Positions 46,765 to 56,249 of a stretch of DNA of 64,000 nucleotides are shown one piece after another. The stretch comes from a virus (lineage: Duplodnaviria > Heunggongvirae > Uroviricota > Caudoviricetes). Location: positions 10,237 through 74,236 of the IMG/VR virus record IMGVR_UViG_2974644367_000001. One strand, 5' to 3'. The translations under genes were made by a program, and so were the position numbers. Numbering within the stretch: position 1 is the stretch's first letter; each line of letters starts with the position of its first letter. The notes beneath the pieces were generated by a model, which saw only the letters and a program-made list of their open reading frames with translations, was not told the origin of the DNA and did not search any database.

Positions 46765-48998
46765 TGATTCGCAACGTAAAGAAATTTGATGGTACTGTAC
46801 AACCTTTTGACCCGTCACGTCTTAACCGTTGGGCTGAGTGGGCTGCAAACTATGGTGTTGACTGGACTGAGATTGCTGTTGATGCGGTTAAGCGTTGTCA
46901 CGATGGTTGTTCAACTTCTGACCTTCAGTGGGCTATGATTGAAGCCTGTATCGACCGTCAGACTCAGGCACACGCAAACATGGCTGGTCGTCTGCTGATT
47001 GGTAATGTCTACAAAGAAGCCTTTGGTGGGTTCCGTAAAATCCCAACCCTGACAGACTTCTATGACAAAATGCGTACACTGAATCTGTGGGAAGACATGG
47101 GCTACTCTGATTCTGAGCTTGACTATCTCGGTATGCAAATCAACCACTACAAAGACCTGAACTATGGTTATGCGGTTGTCAAACAGTTCCGTGACAAGTA
47201 CGCTATCAAGGATGCCTTGACAAAGCGTGTTTATGAATCACCACAGTTTATGTTCATGGGTATGGCCTTGGCAGTCATGCAGCATCAGCCAACTGAACGC
47301 CGTATTCAGGACGTTATCAAACTCTATGAATACCTGTCAGACCTGAAGATTAACGCACCGACTCCTTACCTGAACGGCCTCCGTTCTAAGAAGAGTGGCT
47401 ATGCCTCATGCTGTGTAATCAAAGGTGACGACACCGCAGAGTCTATCGGTATTGCTGAACATATTGCTTATACGATGACTTGTAAGCAAGCTGGTATCGG
47501 TATTCTTTTACAGACCCGCTCTAAAGGTGATGGTGTCCGTAACAAGACCATTGTCCATCAGGGTAAGACACCTTACTTTGCTTGCATCAACACGGCTGTA
47601 AAGGCTAATAAGCAACAGACACGTGGTGGCTCTGCAACAGTTGGTTTCACCATCCTTGACCCTGAGATTGATGACCTGCTCCGACTGAATAACCCTGTGA
47701 CACCTCCACAGAAACAGTTGAAATTCATGGATTATCAAGTTGGTATCAATGAGTCATTCCTTCGCCGTGTTGATAAGGATGATGAATGGATGCTGGTCTC
47801 TTTCAAAGATGCTCCAGAATTGCACAAACGCATGTACGGCTCTTATGAGTTGTTCGAGGTTGAGTATGACCGTGTGATGCGCAATCCAGACATCAAGAAG
47901 AAGATTGTGAGTGCTCGTAAACTGAGTAAGGTCTTTATCAAGAACCGTTATGAAACTGGACGTGTTTACCCGTTCTTCCCTGATAACATGAACACTCATA
48001 CACCGTTCGAAGACACTATCTGGAACTCCAATCTGTGTATGGAAATCTGCCTACCTACAAAGGGTTTTGAGAGCATGGCAGAACTTTATAACCCGATGGT
48101 CAAGGCTAAGGGAGAAATCGCTCTGTGCTTCCTCTCAAGCATCGTAGCGGGACGTGTCAAACCAGAAGAGTATGAGGAAGTCGCTTACTACACCCTTCTG
48201 ATGATTGATAACGTCATGGACATTATGGACTATCCATACGAAGCCCTGAAAAAGTCTGCACAGTACCGTCGTTCAGTTGGTGTTGGTATCACTAATCTTG
48301 CTCACTATCTGGCAAGCAATTTCACCAACTACTCTTCTAAGAAGGGTAAGAAGTTGATGCACAACTTAGCAGAGCTTCACAGCTATTCTCTACACCGTGC
48401 GAGTCTCCGTCTTGCTAAAGAGCGTGGCGTGTGTGAAGGTATGGAAGTGTCAAAATACCGTAACGGTTGGACACCTCTTGAAGACTATTCACAAGATGTG
48501 GATAATGTTGTAGACTCAACCTTACAGTTTGATTGGGTTCAGCTTCACAAGGACATTAAAGCCAACGGTGGCATCCGTCACAGTGTACTGGAAGCGTTCA
48601 TGCCAAACGAGAGTTCATCTCTGGCAACGAATACAACCAACGGACTTTACCCTGTTCGTGAACTGAAGATGTTCAAGAAGTCACCACAAGGTTCAGTGTT
48701 CTTCCTTGCACCTGATGCTGAAGTGATTGGTGATGTCTACCAGTTTGCTTGGGATGTTCCTGAAAAGGATATGATTGAGTGTTACGCAATCTTCCAGAAG
48801 TTTACTGGTCAGGCCATCTCTGCTGACTTCTACATGGATTATCACAAGACAGGTAATAAGGTGTCTGCTAAGACTGCTCTTCAGAGTTTGATTTATGCTC
48901 ACAGGCTTGGTATGAAGACACAGTATTACATGAACAGTCGTGTTGGTGTCGGTGAGTCTTCATTGAAAGAAATGGCTTGCGAAGGCTGCTCACTTTAA
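46764..48998 (+). CDS. nrdA: Ribonucleotide reductase class Ia alpha subunit
   Basis: ATP-cone N-terminus, the NLCMEI motif and C-terminal CEGC. Confidence 0.9.
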   Translation: MIRNVKKFDGTVQPFDPSRLNRWAEWAANYGVDWTEIAVDAVKRCHDGCSTSDLQWAMIEACIDRQTQAHANMAGRLLIGNVYKEAFGGFRKIPTLTDFYDKMRTLNLWEDMGYSDSELDYLGMQINHYKDLNYGYAVVKQFRDKYAIKDALTKRVYESPQFMFMGMALAVMQHQPTERRIQDVIKLYEYLSDLKINAPTPYLNGLRSKKSGYASCCVIKGDDTAESIGIAEHIAYTMTCKQAGIGILLQTRSKGDGVRNKTIVHQGKTPYFACINTAVKANKQQTRGGSATVGFTILDPEIDDLLRLNNPVTPPQKQLKFMDYQVGINESFLRRVDKDDEWMLVSFKDAPELHKRMYGSYELFEVEYDRVMRNPDIKKKIVSARKLSKVFIKNRYETGRVYPFFPDNMNTHTPFEDTIWNSNLCMEICLPTKGFESMAELYNPMVKAKGEIALCFLSSIVAGRVKPEEYEEVAYYTLLMIDNVMDIMDYPYEALKKSAQYRRSVGVGITNLAHYLASNFTNYSSKKGKKLMHNLAELHSYSLHRASLRLAKERGVCEGMEVSKYRNGWTPLEDYSQDVDNVVDSTLQFDWVQLHKDIKANGGIRHSVLEAFMPNESSSLATNTTNGLYPVRELKMFKKSPQGSVFFLAPDAEVIGDVYQFAWDVPEKDMIECYAIFQKFTGQAISADFYMDYHKTGNKVSAKTALQSLIYAHRLGMKTQYYMNSRVGVGESSLKEMACEGCSL

Positions 48999-49053
48999 TA
49001 TATACTTCAAGGGTCGGTTAAGTCCGACCCAAACTTTTTAAGAGGAAATCAAG

Positions 49054-50151
49054 ATGTCTTCAACTGTATTCAACCACAAGAATGACGCATACCTTACTGC
49101 TGAATACCCGTTGTTTATGGGTCAGCCTCTGGCTATGTATGACTCAATGAACAAGATTTACCCACAACTCTTTGACCTGTATAAGCAGCAGAAAGCACAG
49201 GACTGGTCAGAGGATGAAGTGAACCTTGAGAACTCACGTATTGACTTCCAGACTGCTGCTAAGTCTGAGATTGAGGTCTGTATTGAGAACCTTCTGTGGC
49301 AGTGGGAAGCCGATTCACGTGTATCACGTAACATCATCACTCTGCTTGCTCCATTCATCAGTAACAACGAGTTTGCTGCTATGGTGACTAAGCAGACAGA
49401 GATTGAGAACCTTCACGCTCTGACCTACTCAGAAATTGTTCGTCAGTGTATCAGTGACCCAACTGAGATGATTAAGCGTGTGATGGATAATCAGGCTGTT
49501 CTTGACCGCTCATCCACAATTGATGAAGTCATGGCAGAACTTGAAATCCTCGGTGCTAAAAAGCGTCTTGGTTATGAACTGGACGATGAGCATATTCGCC
49601 AGACACTGATTAAGTTCATGGTCAGCATTCTTGCTCTGGAAGGTCTGGAGTTTATTGCCAGCTTTGCATGTACCTTTGCTCTGGCTCAACGTGGCCTGTT
49701 CATGGGTGTTGCACAGCTTGTTCAGAAAATCATGCTTGATGAAATCCTTCACTCCAAGATGGACTTCGCAGCACTGGACATTCTTCTGAAAGACCCTGTT
49801 TGGTTCCAATCTTACCAGAACTGTAAGGGTGAGGTTCAGCGCATCCTTGATGAAGTGATGGAGAATGAATCCAATTGGGCTGATTACATTTTCAGCGATG
49901 GTCGCTCAGTTGTTGGTCTGAACCCAACTCTGTTGAAAGAATGGGTTTACTATTCAGCTAAACCATTGTATGATTTCTTAAAACTGGATTACAACTATCC
50001 AGTTGTTGTGAAGAACCCACTTCCGTTCATGGATAAGTGGATGAACATTGATTCACAGCAGAATGCAAACCAAGAGCAAGACAACAGTCAGTACCTGTTG
50101 AACACTCTGGTTAACGATGACGAAGACGGAAAAGGCTTAGGGGCTTACTAA
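49054..50151 (+). CDS. nrdB: Ribonucleotide reductase beta subunit
   Basis: Ferritin-like di-iron motifs (EGLEFIASFA). Downstream partner of nrdA. Confidence 0.9.
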   Translation: MSSTVFNHKNDAYLTAEYPLFMGQPLAMYDSMNKIYPQLFDLYKQQKAQDWSEDEVNLENSRIDFQTAAKSEIEVCIENLLWQWEADSRVSRNIITLLAPFISNNEFAAMVTKQTEIENLHALTYSEIVRQCISDPTEMIKRVMDNQAVLDRSSTIDEVMAELEILGAKKRLGYELDDEHIRQTLIKFMVSILALEGLEFIASFACTFALAQRGLFMGVAQLVQKIMLDEILHSKMDFAALDILLKDPVWFQSYQNCKGEVQRILDEVMENESNWADYIFSDGRSVVGLNPTLLKEWVYYSAKPLYDFLKLDYNYPVVVKNPLPFMDKWMNIDSQQNANQEQDNSQYLLNTLVNDDEDGKGLGAY

Positions 50152-50399
50152 TGAGTTTTATTGTATACGGTAAAGATTTGTGTCCGAATTGTGACAAGGC
50201 TGTTGCGATGCTGAATATGCGTGGTCAGCAGTTTGTAATGAAGAAACTTGATAAGGACTATCAGGTGCAGGAACTGTGGGACGTAGCGGGTGAGCCTGTT
50301 CGTATGCTTCCTTATATCGTGGAAGTTGATGAAGGTTCTGGTAATGTAATCAACAAGATTGGCTCTGTGGACAACCTGACCAAACGTCTGATGGAGTAG
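50151..50399 (+). CDS. Glutaredoxin/NrdH-like redoxin
   Basis: CPNC active site. 82 aa, coupled to nrdB. Confidence 0.75.
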   Translation: MSFIVYGKDLCPNCDKAVAMLNMRGQQFVMKKLDKDYQVQELWDVAGEPVRMLPYIVEVDEGSGNVINKIGSVDNLTKRLME

Positions 50400-50417
50400 T
50401 CTTTCTCAGAGGTGTGA

Positions 50418-50636
50418 ATGGAAATTGCTTTCTTTCTGTGGATTGTAGGGGTTGTTGTCCTGTCAGTTGTGGCAGGTATTTCAACCTTTTACGGGAATGT
50501 CAAGTATGGGTTGAAGAAGACCCATGTTGATTCTTCAGATGTAGTTTGCATTGCATTCTGGTACATTGTAGTTGTCATCTATGTAGTGAAGCTGGTCGCA
50601 AGCTGGCTTTACTTATTAAGACGAAAAGGAAATTGA
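50418..50636 (+). CDS. Small membrane protein
   Basis: Two hydrophobic helices. Confidence 0.4.
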   Translation: MEIAFFLWIVGVVVLSVVAGISTFYGNVKYGLKKTHVDSSDVVCIAFWYIVVVIYVVKLVASWLYLLRRKGN

Positions 50637-50638
50637 TA

Positions 50639-50914
50639 ATGGGTAAGACGATTCGCCGTAAGAACTTGAAAGGTAAGGAAGACTGGTTCCAGAATCCAGA
50701 CCGTAAAGAAGGTCATGGTCACGCTGTGTATCATGGTGATAAATTGAAACGCATGAGTGGCATCTCTTCAGGTGTCAAAGACCGTCAGCATGAGATTCAA
50801 CGCCAGACGAATCGTCAACTCTCTGCCAAAGCTATGACAGGTGAAGATGTCGTTCCAGACAACACTGACCGTCACAGCAAACGCTTATCAAACCAGTGCT
50901 ACACGTACTCGTAA
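50639..50914 (+). CDS. Small basic protein
   Basis: ATG with an AAGGA ribosome-binding site. 91 aa, rich in Lys and Arg. Confidence 0.4.
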   Translation: MGKTIRRKNLKGKEDWFQNPDRKEGHGHAVYHGDKLKRMSGISSGVKDRQHEIQRQTNRQLSAKAMTGEDVVPDNTDRHSKRLSNQCYTYS

Positions 50915-50921
50915 TAATCAA

Positions 50922-50944
50922 GGGACTCTTCGGAGTCCTTTTTC
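50922..50944 (+). terminator. Intrinsic terminator (UUCG hairpin family)
   Basis: GGGACTCTTCGGAGTCCTTTTT. Confidence 0.7.
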
Positions 50945-50955
50945 TTTATATAAAA

Positions 50956-51025
50956 CAACAACTTATAAATAAATGAAAAATTATTGAAAATAGTTGTTGA
51001 CCCGAATAACCGATTTCTATACTAT
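50956..51025 (+). promoter_or_regulatory. Sigma70-like promoter (TTGACC 50997 - TATACT) flanked by an 8 bp inverted repeat CAACAACT / AGTTGTTG
   Basis: The right arm of the palindrome overlaps the -35. Confidence 0.5.
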
Positions 51026-51075
51026 TACTCACGTCAACAAGACATACGAAAACAATATATTAAGGAAACCGAGAA

Positions 51076-52185
51076 ATGACTACTGAAAACACTAACGTCG
51101 AAACTGAAGTTAAAGATGCAGCTAACACTCAGACTGATGCAAAAGCCGAAGCACTGCTGAAAGCCGAAGCCCTGAAATCTGCAATCACCGATGCTGTAAC
51201 CGCTCCTAACGGTGCGACTCTTGATGAAATCGTTGTGTCTGCACAGGCGACTCAGAAAGCTATCAAGCCTGTTCTGGCTGGTCTGGTTGAAGATGGCATT
51301 ATCGGTTTTGCAAAGGGTGTTACCCGCGCTACTGATAAGGGTGACGGTAAAGTTGGTAAAGCACAGCCTGTCTACATCGACATCGCACGTGTTAACACCT
51401 TCCTGACGTTCCCTGAACTGCCACAGGTTGTTACTCAGAAACTTGGTAGCATTCTGAAAGTTCGTCCAGCGATTAACCAGCGTGAGACTGAATCACGTCT
51501 GAAGAAAGAGCACTTGAACGGTGTTGCATCTGCTACTCAGCACGTCTTCCGTATCGGTGTATACGATGATAAGACCGCTGTCATTCTGGATGGTAACAGC
51601 CGTATCGCAGCTTACAAAGCTGGCAACCTGTTCTTCGAGAACGATGATGAGACTCCAGTAATTCTGGAAATCTACAAACTTCGTGACGTTGAACACGAAA
51701 AAGAACTGTACCATGAGTTTGACTCCACTTTCTCTGTGATGTCTTCTCGTGACTTGGACTTCCAAGCGAAAGCCGAACTCAATACGTCTGCTGCTCCAAC
51801 CAGCAAGACCATGAACAAATCTATCAAGTCTGCGGTATCATACGCAACTGGTAAAGCTGTGAAGGTCGGTGTAGGTATCTACGATGATGTCAAAGATGAG
51901 ATTTTCTTCCTTGACGGAATCCTGAAAAACTACGAACCAGAGAAAGCAATCGACGGTGCAATCCTGAGTGCGATGCTGAAGCTGACCAAAGAGAAGGGTA
52001 TTGAAGACCCAATGGAAGACTTCATCGGTGATGTTCTGCTGTCACTGACCGAAGGGCAGGGTGTTCTGGTTAAACCTGAAGCGACTCTGGCTGCTGTACT
52101 GCGTGTTAACACTAACCGCACTTACGGTTCAGCACGTGCAACGACCATCTTTGATGCAATGGTTGAAGACTTCGAAGCACGTTAA
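51076..52185 (+). CDS. ParB/Srx-fold (DUF262/DGQHR-like) protein (putative)
   Basis: The VILDGNSRIAAY motif resembles the DGQQR/DGQHR motif. It is a single-gene unit between a strong promoter and a terminator. Confidence 0.35.
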   Translation: MTTENTNVETEVKDAANTQTDAKAEALLKAEALKSAITDAVTAPNGATLDEIVVSAQATQKAIKPVLAGLVEDGIIGFAKGVTRATDKGDGKVGKAQPVYIDIARVNTFLTFPELPQVVTQKLGSILKVRPAINQRETESRLKKEHLNGVASATQHVFRIGVYDDKTAVILDGNSRIAAYKAGNLFFENDDETPVILEIYKLRDVEHEKELYHEFDSTFSVMSSRDLDFQAKAELNTSAAPTSKTMNKSIKSAVSYATGKAVKVGVGIYDDVKDEIFFLDGILKNYEPEKAIDGAILSAMLKLTKEKGIEDPMEDFIGDVLLSLTEGQGVLVKPEATLAAVLRVNTNRTYGSARATTIFDAMVEDFEAR

Positions 52186-52203
52186 TCTGTAGCTATCCTA
52201 ATC

Positions 52204-52227
52204 GGGACTCTTCGGAGTCCCTTTTTA
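52204..52227 (+). terminator. Intrinsic terminator (UUCG hairpin family)
   Basis: GGGACTCTTCGGAGTCCCTTTTT. Confidence 0.7.
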
Positions 52228-52239
52228 TTTGAGGTGAAT

Positions 52240-52500
52240 ATGTCTCGTCAATATCTGTTTTACAAACCACGTGAAAGTCTGTACTATGTCATGTCAGGTG
52301 ATGCCAAGATTAAAGGTGATGATGGTGAATGGTATAACGGTAAAGTCTACGTTGCCATTGACGGTTGCCAGTGCTATTGCCGACCTGACCACATGTTTGA
52401 AAAAGATAAATGGGAGTCACTAACACATGAACAAGCCAGAGAATACTACCGAAAATATTACGGAGACCTCAACACCCCACGTGGTTCAAATATCATCTAA
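52240..52500 (+). CDS. Hypothetical protein (track start is GTG at 52234)
   Basis: ATG with a GAGG ribosome-binding site. It has a CQCYC cysteine cluster. Confidence 0.45.
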   Translation: MSRQYLFYKPRESLYYVMSGDAKIKGDDGEWYNGKVYVAIDGCQCYCRPDHMFEKDKWESLTHEQAREYYRKYYGDLNTPRGSNII

Positions 52501-52618
52501 TGGGCGTGTATGGTTCGAGTACCTTGATGAGATGCGTGAACGGACATACCTTGAATTTGAAAGTGAAAGTTCAGCACGAAGAGGTTTAAGAATCTATTGC
52601 AATTCTCTTGCTGGTTAG
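52427..52618 (+). CDS. Hypothetical small protein overlapping the previous gene out of frame
   Basis: ORF with GGAG upstream. The 74 nt overlap makes it uncertain. Confidence 0.25.
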   Translation: MNKPENTTENITETSTPHVVQISSNGRVWFEYLDEMRERTYLEFESESSARRGLRIYCNSLAG

Positions 52619-52627
52619 TTACTATGA

Positions 52628-52650
52628 GGACTCTTAATTGAGTCCTTTTT
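52628..52650 (+). terminator. Intrinsic terminator (variant of the family: GGACTC-TTAATT-GAGTCC followed by T5)
   Basis: Same stem with a different loop. Confidence 0.65.
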
Positions 52651-52666
52651 AGTTTCTGGAGAATGT

Positions 52667-53179
52667 ATGTACTCAGAGTTCGTTGCAGTAGTGATGTCAG
52701 TTGTCAATCTTGACTTTCAAGACCGTGAGGACTTTCTGTTCAGTCACCAGTATGACCGTGAGAATTCAAACTGGATGAAACTGAACCATGAAGGGTTGAC
52801 CCGTAAAAAGATTATCGCTCGTTATTTTCCTTATTACACAGTTGATAATCTGTATGAACATTGCTTTTTCAAGAACTTTATCACGGTGCTGAATGAAGAG
52901 TTTGGTTTGACCAAGAATCACCAATTCACTTTAGGTCATCATATACCACTTAATAAAGGTGGTGTACATCATGTAAGTAACTGGTTCATCCAGACGAAGA
53001 GTGACAACCAACGTCAAGGAGATAACCTTCCAGACTCTGAACTGATGAGTTATGACGAACAGGTTGATTACCTCTTTGAACACCTTGTGAAGCACTCTAC
53101 AATCAATGGTATGCAGAGTAAACGATTCTGCCAATACGCTTTACGATTCTCAGGAGTGTACAATGAAAGCAGTCTATAA
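52667..53179 (+). CDS. HNH nuclease
   Basis: LGHHIPLNKGGVHHVSNW...N motif. Confidence 0.55.
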   Translation: MYSEFVAVVMSVVNLDFQDREDFLFSHQYDRENSNWMKLNHEGLTRKKIIARYFPYYTVDNLYEHCFFKNFITVLNEEFGLTKNHQFTLGHHIPLNKGGVHHVSNWFIQTKSDNQRQGDNLPDSELMSYDEQVDYLFEHLVKHSTINGMQSKRFCQYALRFSGVYNESSL

Positions 53180-53447
53180 CTTCGTTTGTAAGATTAAGCC
53201 TTGGTGGTTCTTCAACAAAGATGATTTATCACCTAAGCGTTGCCCTGACTGTCTGTCCAAAAGTTTTTACAGTGTTCCAAAGGACGTGTCAGATTATTTA
53301 TTGTTGGAAGAAGAATATCGTTGCAACTGCTGTGATAGTGTCGTACAGTATTGGTCATACGGGAACTTTGACCCCGCTTACCTTCCTCCGAAAGGACGTG
53401 AAGAACACCGTCAAAGACAAGATGAAATGATAACATTTGGAGAGTAA
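53163..53447 (+). CDS. Zinc-ribbon protein
   Basis: CPDC and CNCC pairs. AGGAG ribosome-binding site. Confidence 0.4.
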   Translation: MKAVYNFVCKIKPWWFFNKDDLSPKRCPDCLSKSFYSVPKDVSDYLLLEEEYRCNCCDSVVQYWSYGNFDPAYLPPKGREEHRQRQDEMITFGE

Positions 53448-53448
53448 C

Positions 53449-54294
53449 ATGATTAGTTTAACAGTCAATCATCAGAATGTAGCAATCAGTCGAACTACCT
53501 TCCCTGCTGGAGAGGTTGGTGTGAGTCTGGATGTTATGGGTCTGAAAAAGGCAATCAGCGGTTCAAACACTGTTGAAGTCGCTATTCACACTCAGGGCTA
53601 TGAGCCTAATATGCTGATTACCATCATGCAGTTGAAAGAGGCAATCAACCAGTTCTTCTTGCCATACATGGTCAAGCCTCGTTATATTCTGATGCTGTCA
53701 TACATGCCATTCTCACGCTATGACCGTCACATGTATCATGGTGATGCCTTTGGCCTGAAGGTGTTTGGTCAGGTAATCAACAGCATGAACTTTGACATGG
53801 TTGTGACTATTGATGCTCACAGTGATGTTACTGGTGGTGTTATCAATAACCTGTACAATATTCCTCAAGTTGAGGCTTTGATGACTCACAGATTCTTGCG
53901 TGATTATGATGTCGTCGTCGCTCCAGATGCAGGTGCAGAGAAGAAAGCTACCGCTGCTGCAAAAGCTATGCAGTGTGAACTTGCAACCCTTGTAAAACAC
54001 CGGAACGTCATGACTGGTGAGATTACTGGTATGGGACTGTCAACAGGTATTGTTAAAGACAAGAACTGCTTGATTGTTGATGACCTGTGTGATGGTGGTG
54101 CAACGTTTGTACACGCTGCTGCAAAACTTTTCACTCTCGGTGCAAAATCTGTTGACTTGTACGTTACTCACGGAGTATTCTCTAAGGGTACTGAAGTTCT
54201 GCGAAATGCAGGGATTGAGAACATTTACACCACGAACTCCTTCGAACAGGAAGGTAACGGTGTTAACTTTGTCGGCTACGGCTCATTAATTTAA
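53449..54294 (+). CDS. prs: Ribose-phosphate pyrophosphokinase (PRPP synthetase)-like
   Basis: PRPP-binding motif LIVDDLCDGGATF. Confidence 0.7.
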   Translation: MISLTVNHQNVAISRTTFPAGEVGVSLDVMGLKKAISGSNTVEVAIHTQGYEPNMLITIMQLKEAINQFFLPYMVKPRYILMLSYMPFSRYDRHMYHGDAFGLKVFGQVINSMNFDMVVTIDAHSDVTGGVINNLYNIPQVEALMTHRFLRDYDVVVAPDAGAEKKATAAAKAMQCELATLVKHRNVMTGEITGMGLSTGIVKDKNCLIVDDLCDGGATFVHAAAKLFTLGAKSVDLYVTHGVFSKGTEVLRNAGIENIYTTNSFEQEGNGVNFVGYGSLI

Positions 54295-54307
54295 TAGGGA
54301 ACTGAAC

Positions 54308-56140
54308 ATGAACAATACACTGATTGCTACTCTGGTATGTGACGCTTACAAATCCGGTCATAAATTCCAATACCCTGCGGGTCTGGATTCACTGTTTCTT
54401 AACATTACTCCACGTAATGCGAAGTATTTTCCCGGTGGCACAGAGGTAGTTGCAAACTTCGGTTCAACCTCTTTCCGTGATACTTGGCTTGTCAAGTTCT
54501 GGAATGAAAACTTCTTCAACGTTCCAAAAGATGTTGTCATGGAAATTCATGCAGCTTATATGGATGGTGTACTTGGGAAAGGCACACTGACTCATGACCA
54601 CATTGCAGCACTGCACGACTTAGGTTATCTGCCTATCATTGTTCGTGCTCTGCCAGAGGGTTCTGTGTCACCTGTCAAGGTTCCTGTGATGACTATCGAA
54701 ACTACGCACAAAGACTTTGCATGGGTCGGTGGCTATCTGGAAGACCTGTTCAGTTCTAACCTGTGGAAGGTTATGACCATTGCAACTATCGCAATGAAGT
54801 ATCGTGTTCTTCTGGAGCGTTTCGCTGAAGAAACTGGTGTTGACAAAGGCTTCGTTGACTATCAGGCTCACGACTTTGCATTACGTGGTATGTCTGGTGT
54901 TCACGATGATATTCAGAATAACATTGGTCATCTGGCATTCTTCAAAGGGACTGACTCATTCCCTGCAACGTGGTCTGTGAAACAGTTTTACGGTAACGGT
55001 GTTCAGATTAGTGACATCGCAGGTTCTGTACCAGCAACCGAACACAGTGTTACCTGTGCAAACATCGCAGTAGAAGCAAGTCAGATGGTGTTATCTTCCG
55101 GTGCGTTCGGTGATGGTAATCCTCAGACACAGGCAGCACTGCTTGCAAAAGCTGAACAGAAGTTCTTTGAGCGTCTTCTGACAGAGGTTTACCCAACTGG
55201 CATTCTCTCTATGGTTGGTGACACAAACAACTGGTATGATACCGTCACAACCAAAGTGCGTGAACTGAAAGATGTCATCATGAAACGTGATGGTAAACTG
55301 GTTCTTCGTCCAGATTCCGGTATTCCAGAGCACATCGTTGCTGGCTATCGTTGTATTGAGATTGAGAGTGCAAAAGCAGTCATTGCTGAAGAGTACAAAT
55401 CAGGTCGCCTTGGTTGGGCTTCGGTTCTGGAAAGCAATCTTGCTGACATTAAAGAACTGACCATTGACAAGCTGACTGCAAATGATTGCCAGATTATCAA
55501 GAACGCTGGCTATGAAGTTGTAGTTGATGCTGAAGATTTTGATGGTGCATACTGCGTCTTCCTTGACGAGAAGATTAAAAGCCCATCTGTCAAAGTTGGT
55601 CGCTATGTACAGATTGAAATTCTGGAAGGTGCTATCGAATCACTGTGGAAAATCTTTGGTGGTGATGTAACAACTAAAGGTTACAAGGTTCTGGACGAAC
55701 ACATTGGCCTGATTTACGGTGACTCTATCACACTGGAACGTGCTGAAAATATTCTTCAGCGTCTGAAAGAGCGTGGATTCGCAAGCTGCAACGTGGTGTT
55801 TGGTGTGGGTTCATTCACTTACCAAATGCTGACACGTGATTCACTCAGCTTTGCTATCAAGGCGACTGTGGCAACTGTTGACGGGATTAACTATCCACTG
55901 TCAAAAGACCCAATCACTGATGATGGTACGAAGAAATCAGCTACAGGTTACATCATCGTTCGTGACACTGGAACAGGTGAACCGTTGCACATGATTGATG
56001 GTCTGAGTCGTCAAGCATACGACAACCTGAACCAGCAGGGATTGAATGAACTCCGTGTGATTTTTGCAGACGGCGAGTCAATCAACTATGAAGAGAACAT
56101 TCTCACAATCCGTGACAAGTTCTTGAAAAACATGAAGTAA
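54308..56140 (+). CDS. nadV: Nicotinamide phosphoribosyltransferase
   Basis: Whole-length resemblance to the NAMPT family. Its pairing with prs is typical of phage NAD+ salvage. Confidence 0.8.
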   Translation: MNNTLIATLVCDAYKSGHKFQYPAGLDSLFLNITPRNAKYFPGGTEVVANFGSTSFRDTWLVKFWNENFFNVPKDVVMEIHAAYMDGVLGKGTLTHDHIAALHDLGYLPIIVRALPEGSVSPVKVPVMTIETTHKDFAWVGGYLEDLFSSNLWKVMTIATIAMKYRVLLERFAEETGVDKGFVDYQAHDFALRGMSGVHDDIQNNIGHLAFFKGTDSFPATWSVKQFYGNGVQISDIAGSVPATEHSVTCANIAVEASQMVLSSGAFGDGNPQTQAALLAKAEQKFFERLLTEVYPTGILSMVGDTNNWYDTVTTKVRELKDVIMKRDGKLVLRPDSGIPEHIVAGYRCIEIESAKAVIAEEYKSGRLGWASVLESNLADIKELTIDKLTANDCQIIKNAGYEVVVDAEDFDGAYCVFLDEKIKSPSVKVGRYVQIEILEGAIESLWKIFGGDVTTKGYKVLDEHIGLIYGDSITLERAENILQRLKERGFASCNVVFGVGSFTYQMLTRDSLSFAIKATVATVDGINYPLSKDPITDDGTKKSATGYIIVRDTGTGEPLHMIDGLSRQAYDNLNQQGLNELRVIFADGESINYEENILTIRDKFLKNMK

Positions 56141-56148
56141 TTTATAAA

Positions 56149-56171
56149 GGGACTCTTCGGAGTCCTTTTTT
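56149..56171 (+). terminator. Intrinsic terminator (UUCG hairpin family)
   Basis: GGGACTCTTCGGAGTCCTTTTTT. Confidence 0.7.
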
Positions 56172-56181
56172 ATTTTATCTG

Positions 56182-56210
56182 TTGACATCACCACACCAAA
56201 TGAATTAAAG
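56182..56210 (+). promoter_or_regulatory. Sigma70-like promoter (TTGACA-N17/18-TAAAGT)
   Basis: Strong -35 element. It is followed by the shared leader motif at 56226..56242. Confidence 0.45.
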
Positions 56211-56249
56211 TAATCACATCGAAAGCAAACAACTAACTGAGGAAATATC

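Noticed and set aside
46764-48998. A possible intein or intron in nrdA, or in the DNA polymerase.
   Set aside because: The protein lengths (744 and 896 aa) and the contiguous motifs are normal for uninterrupted genes.
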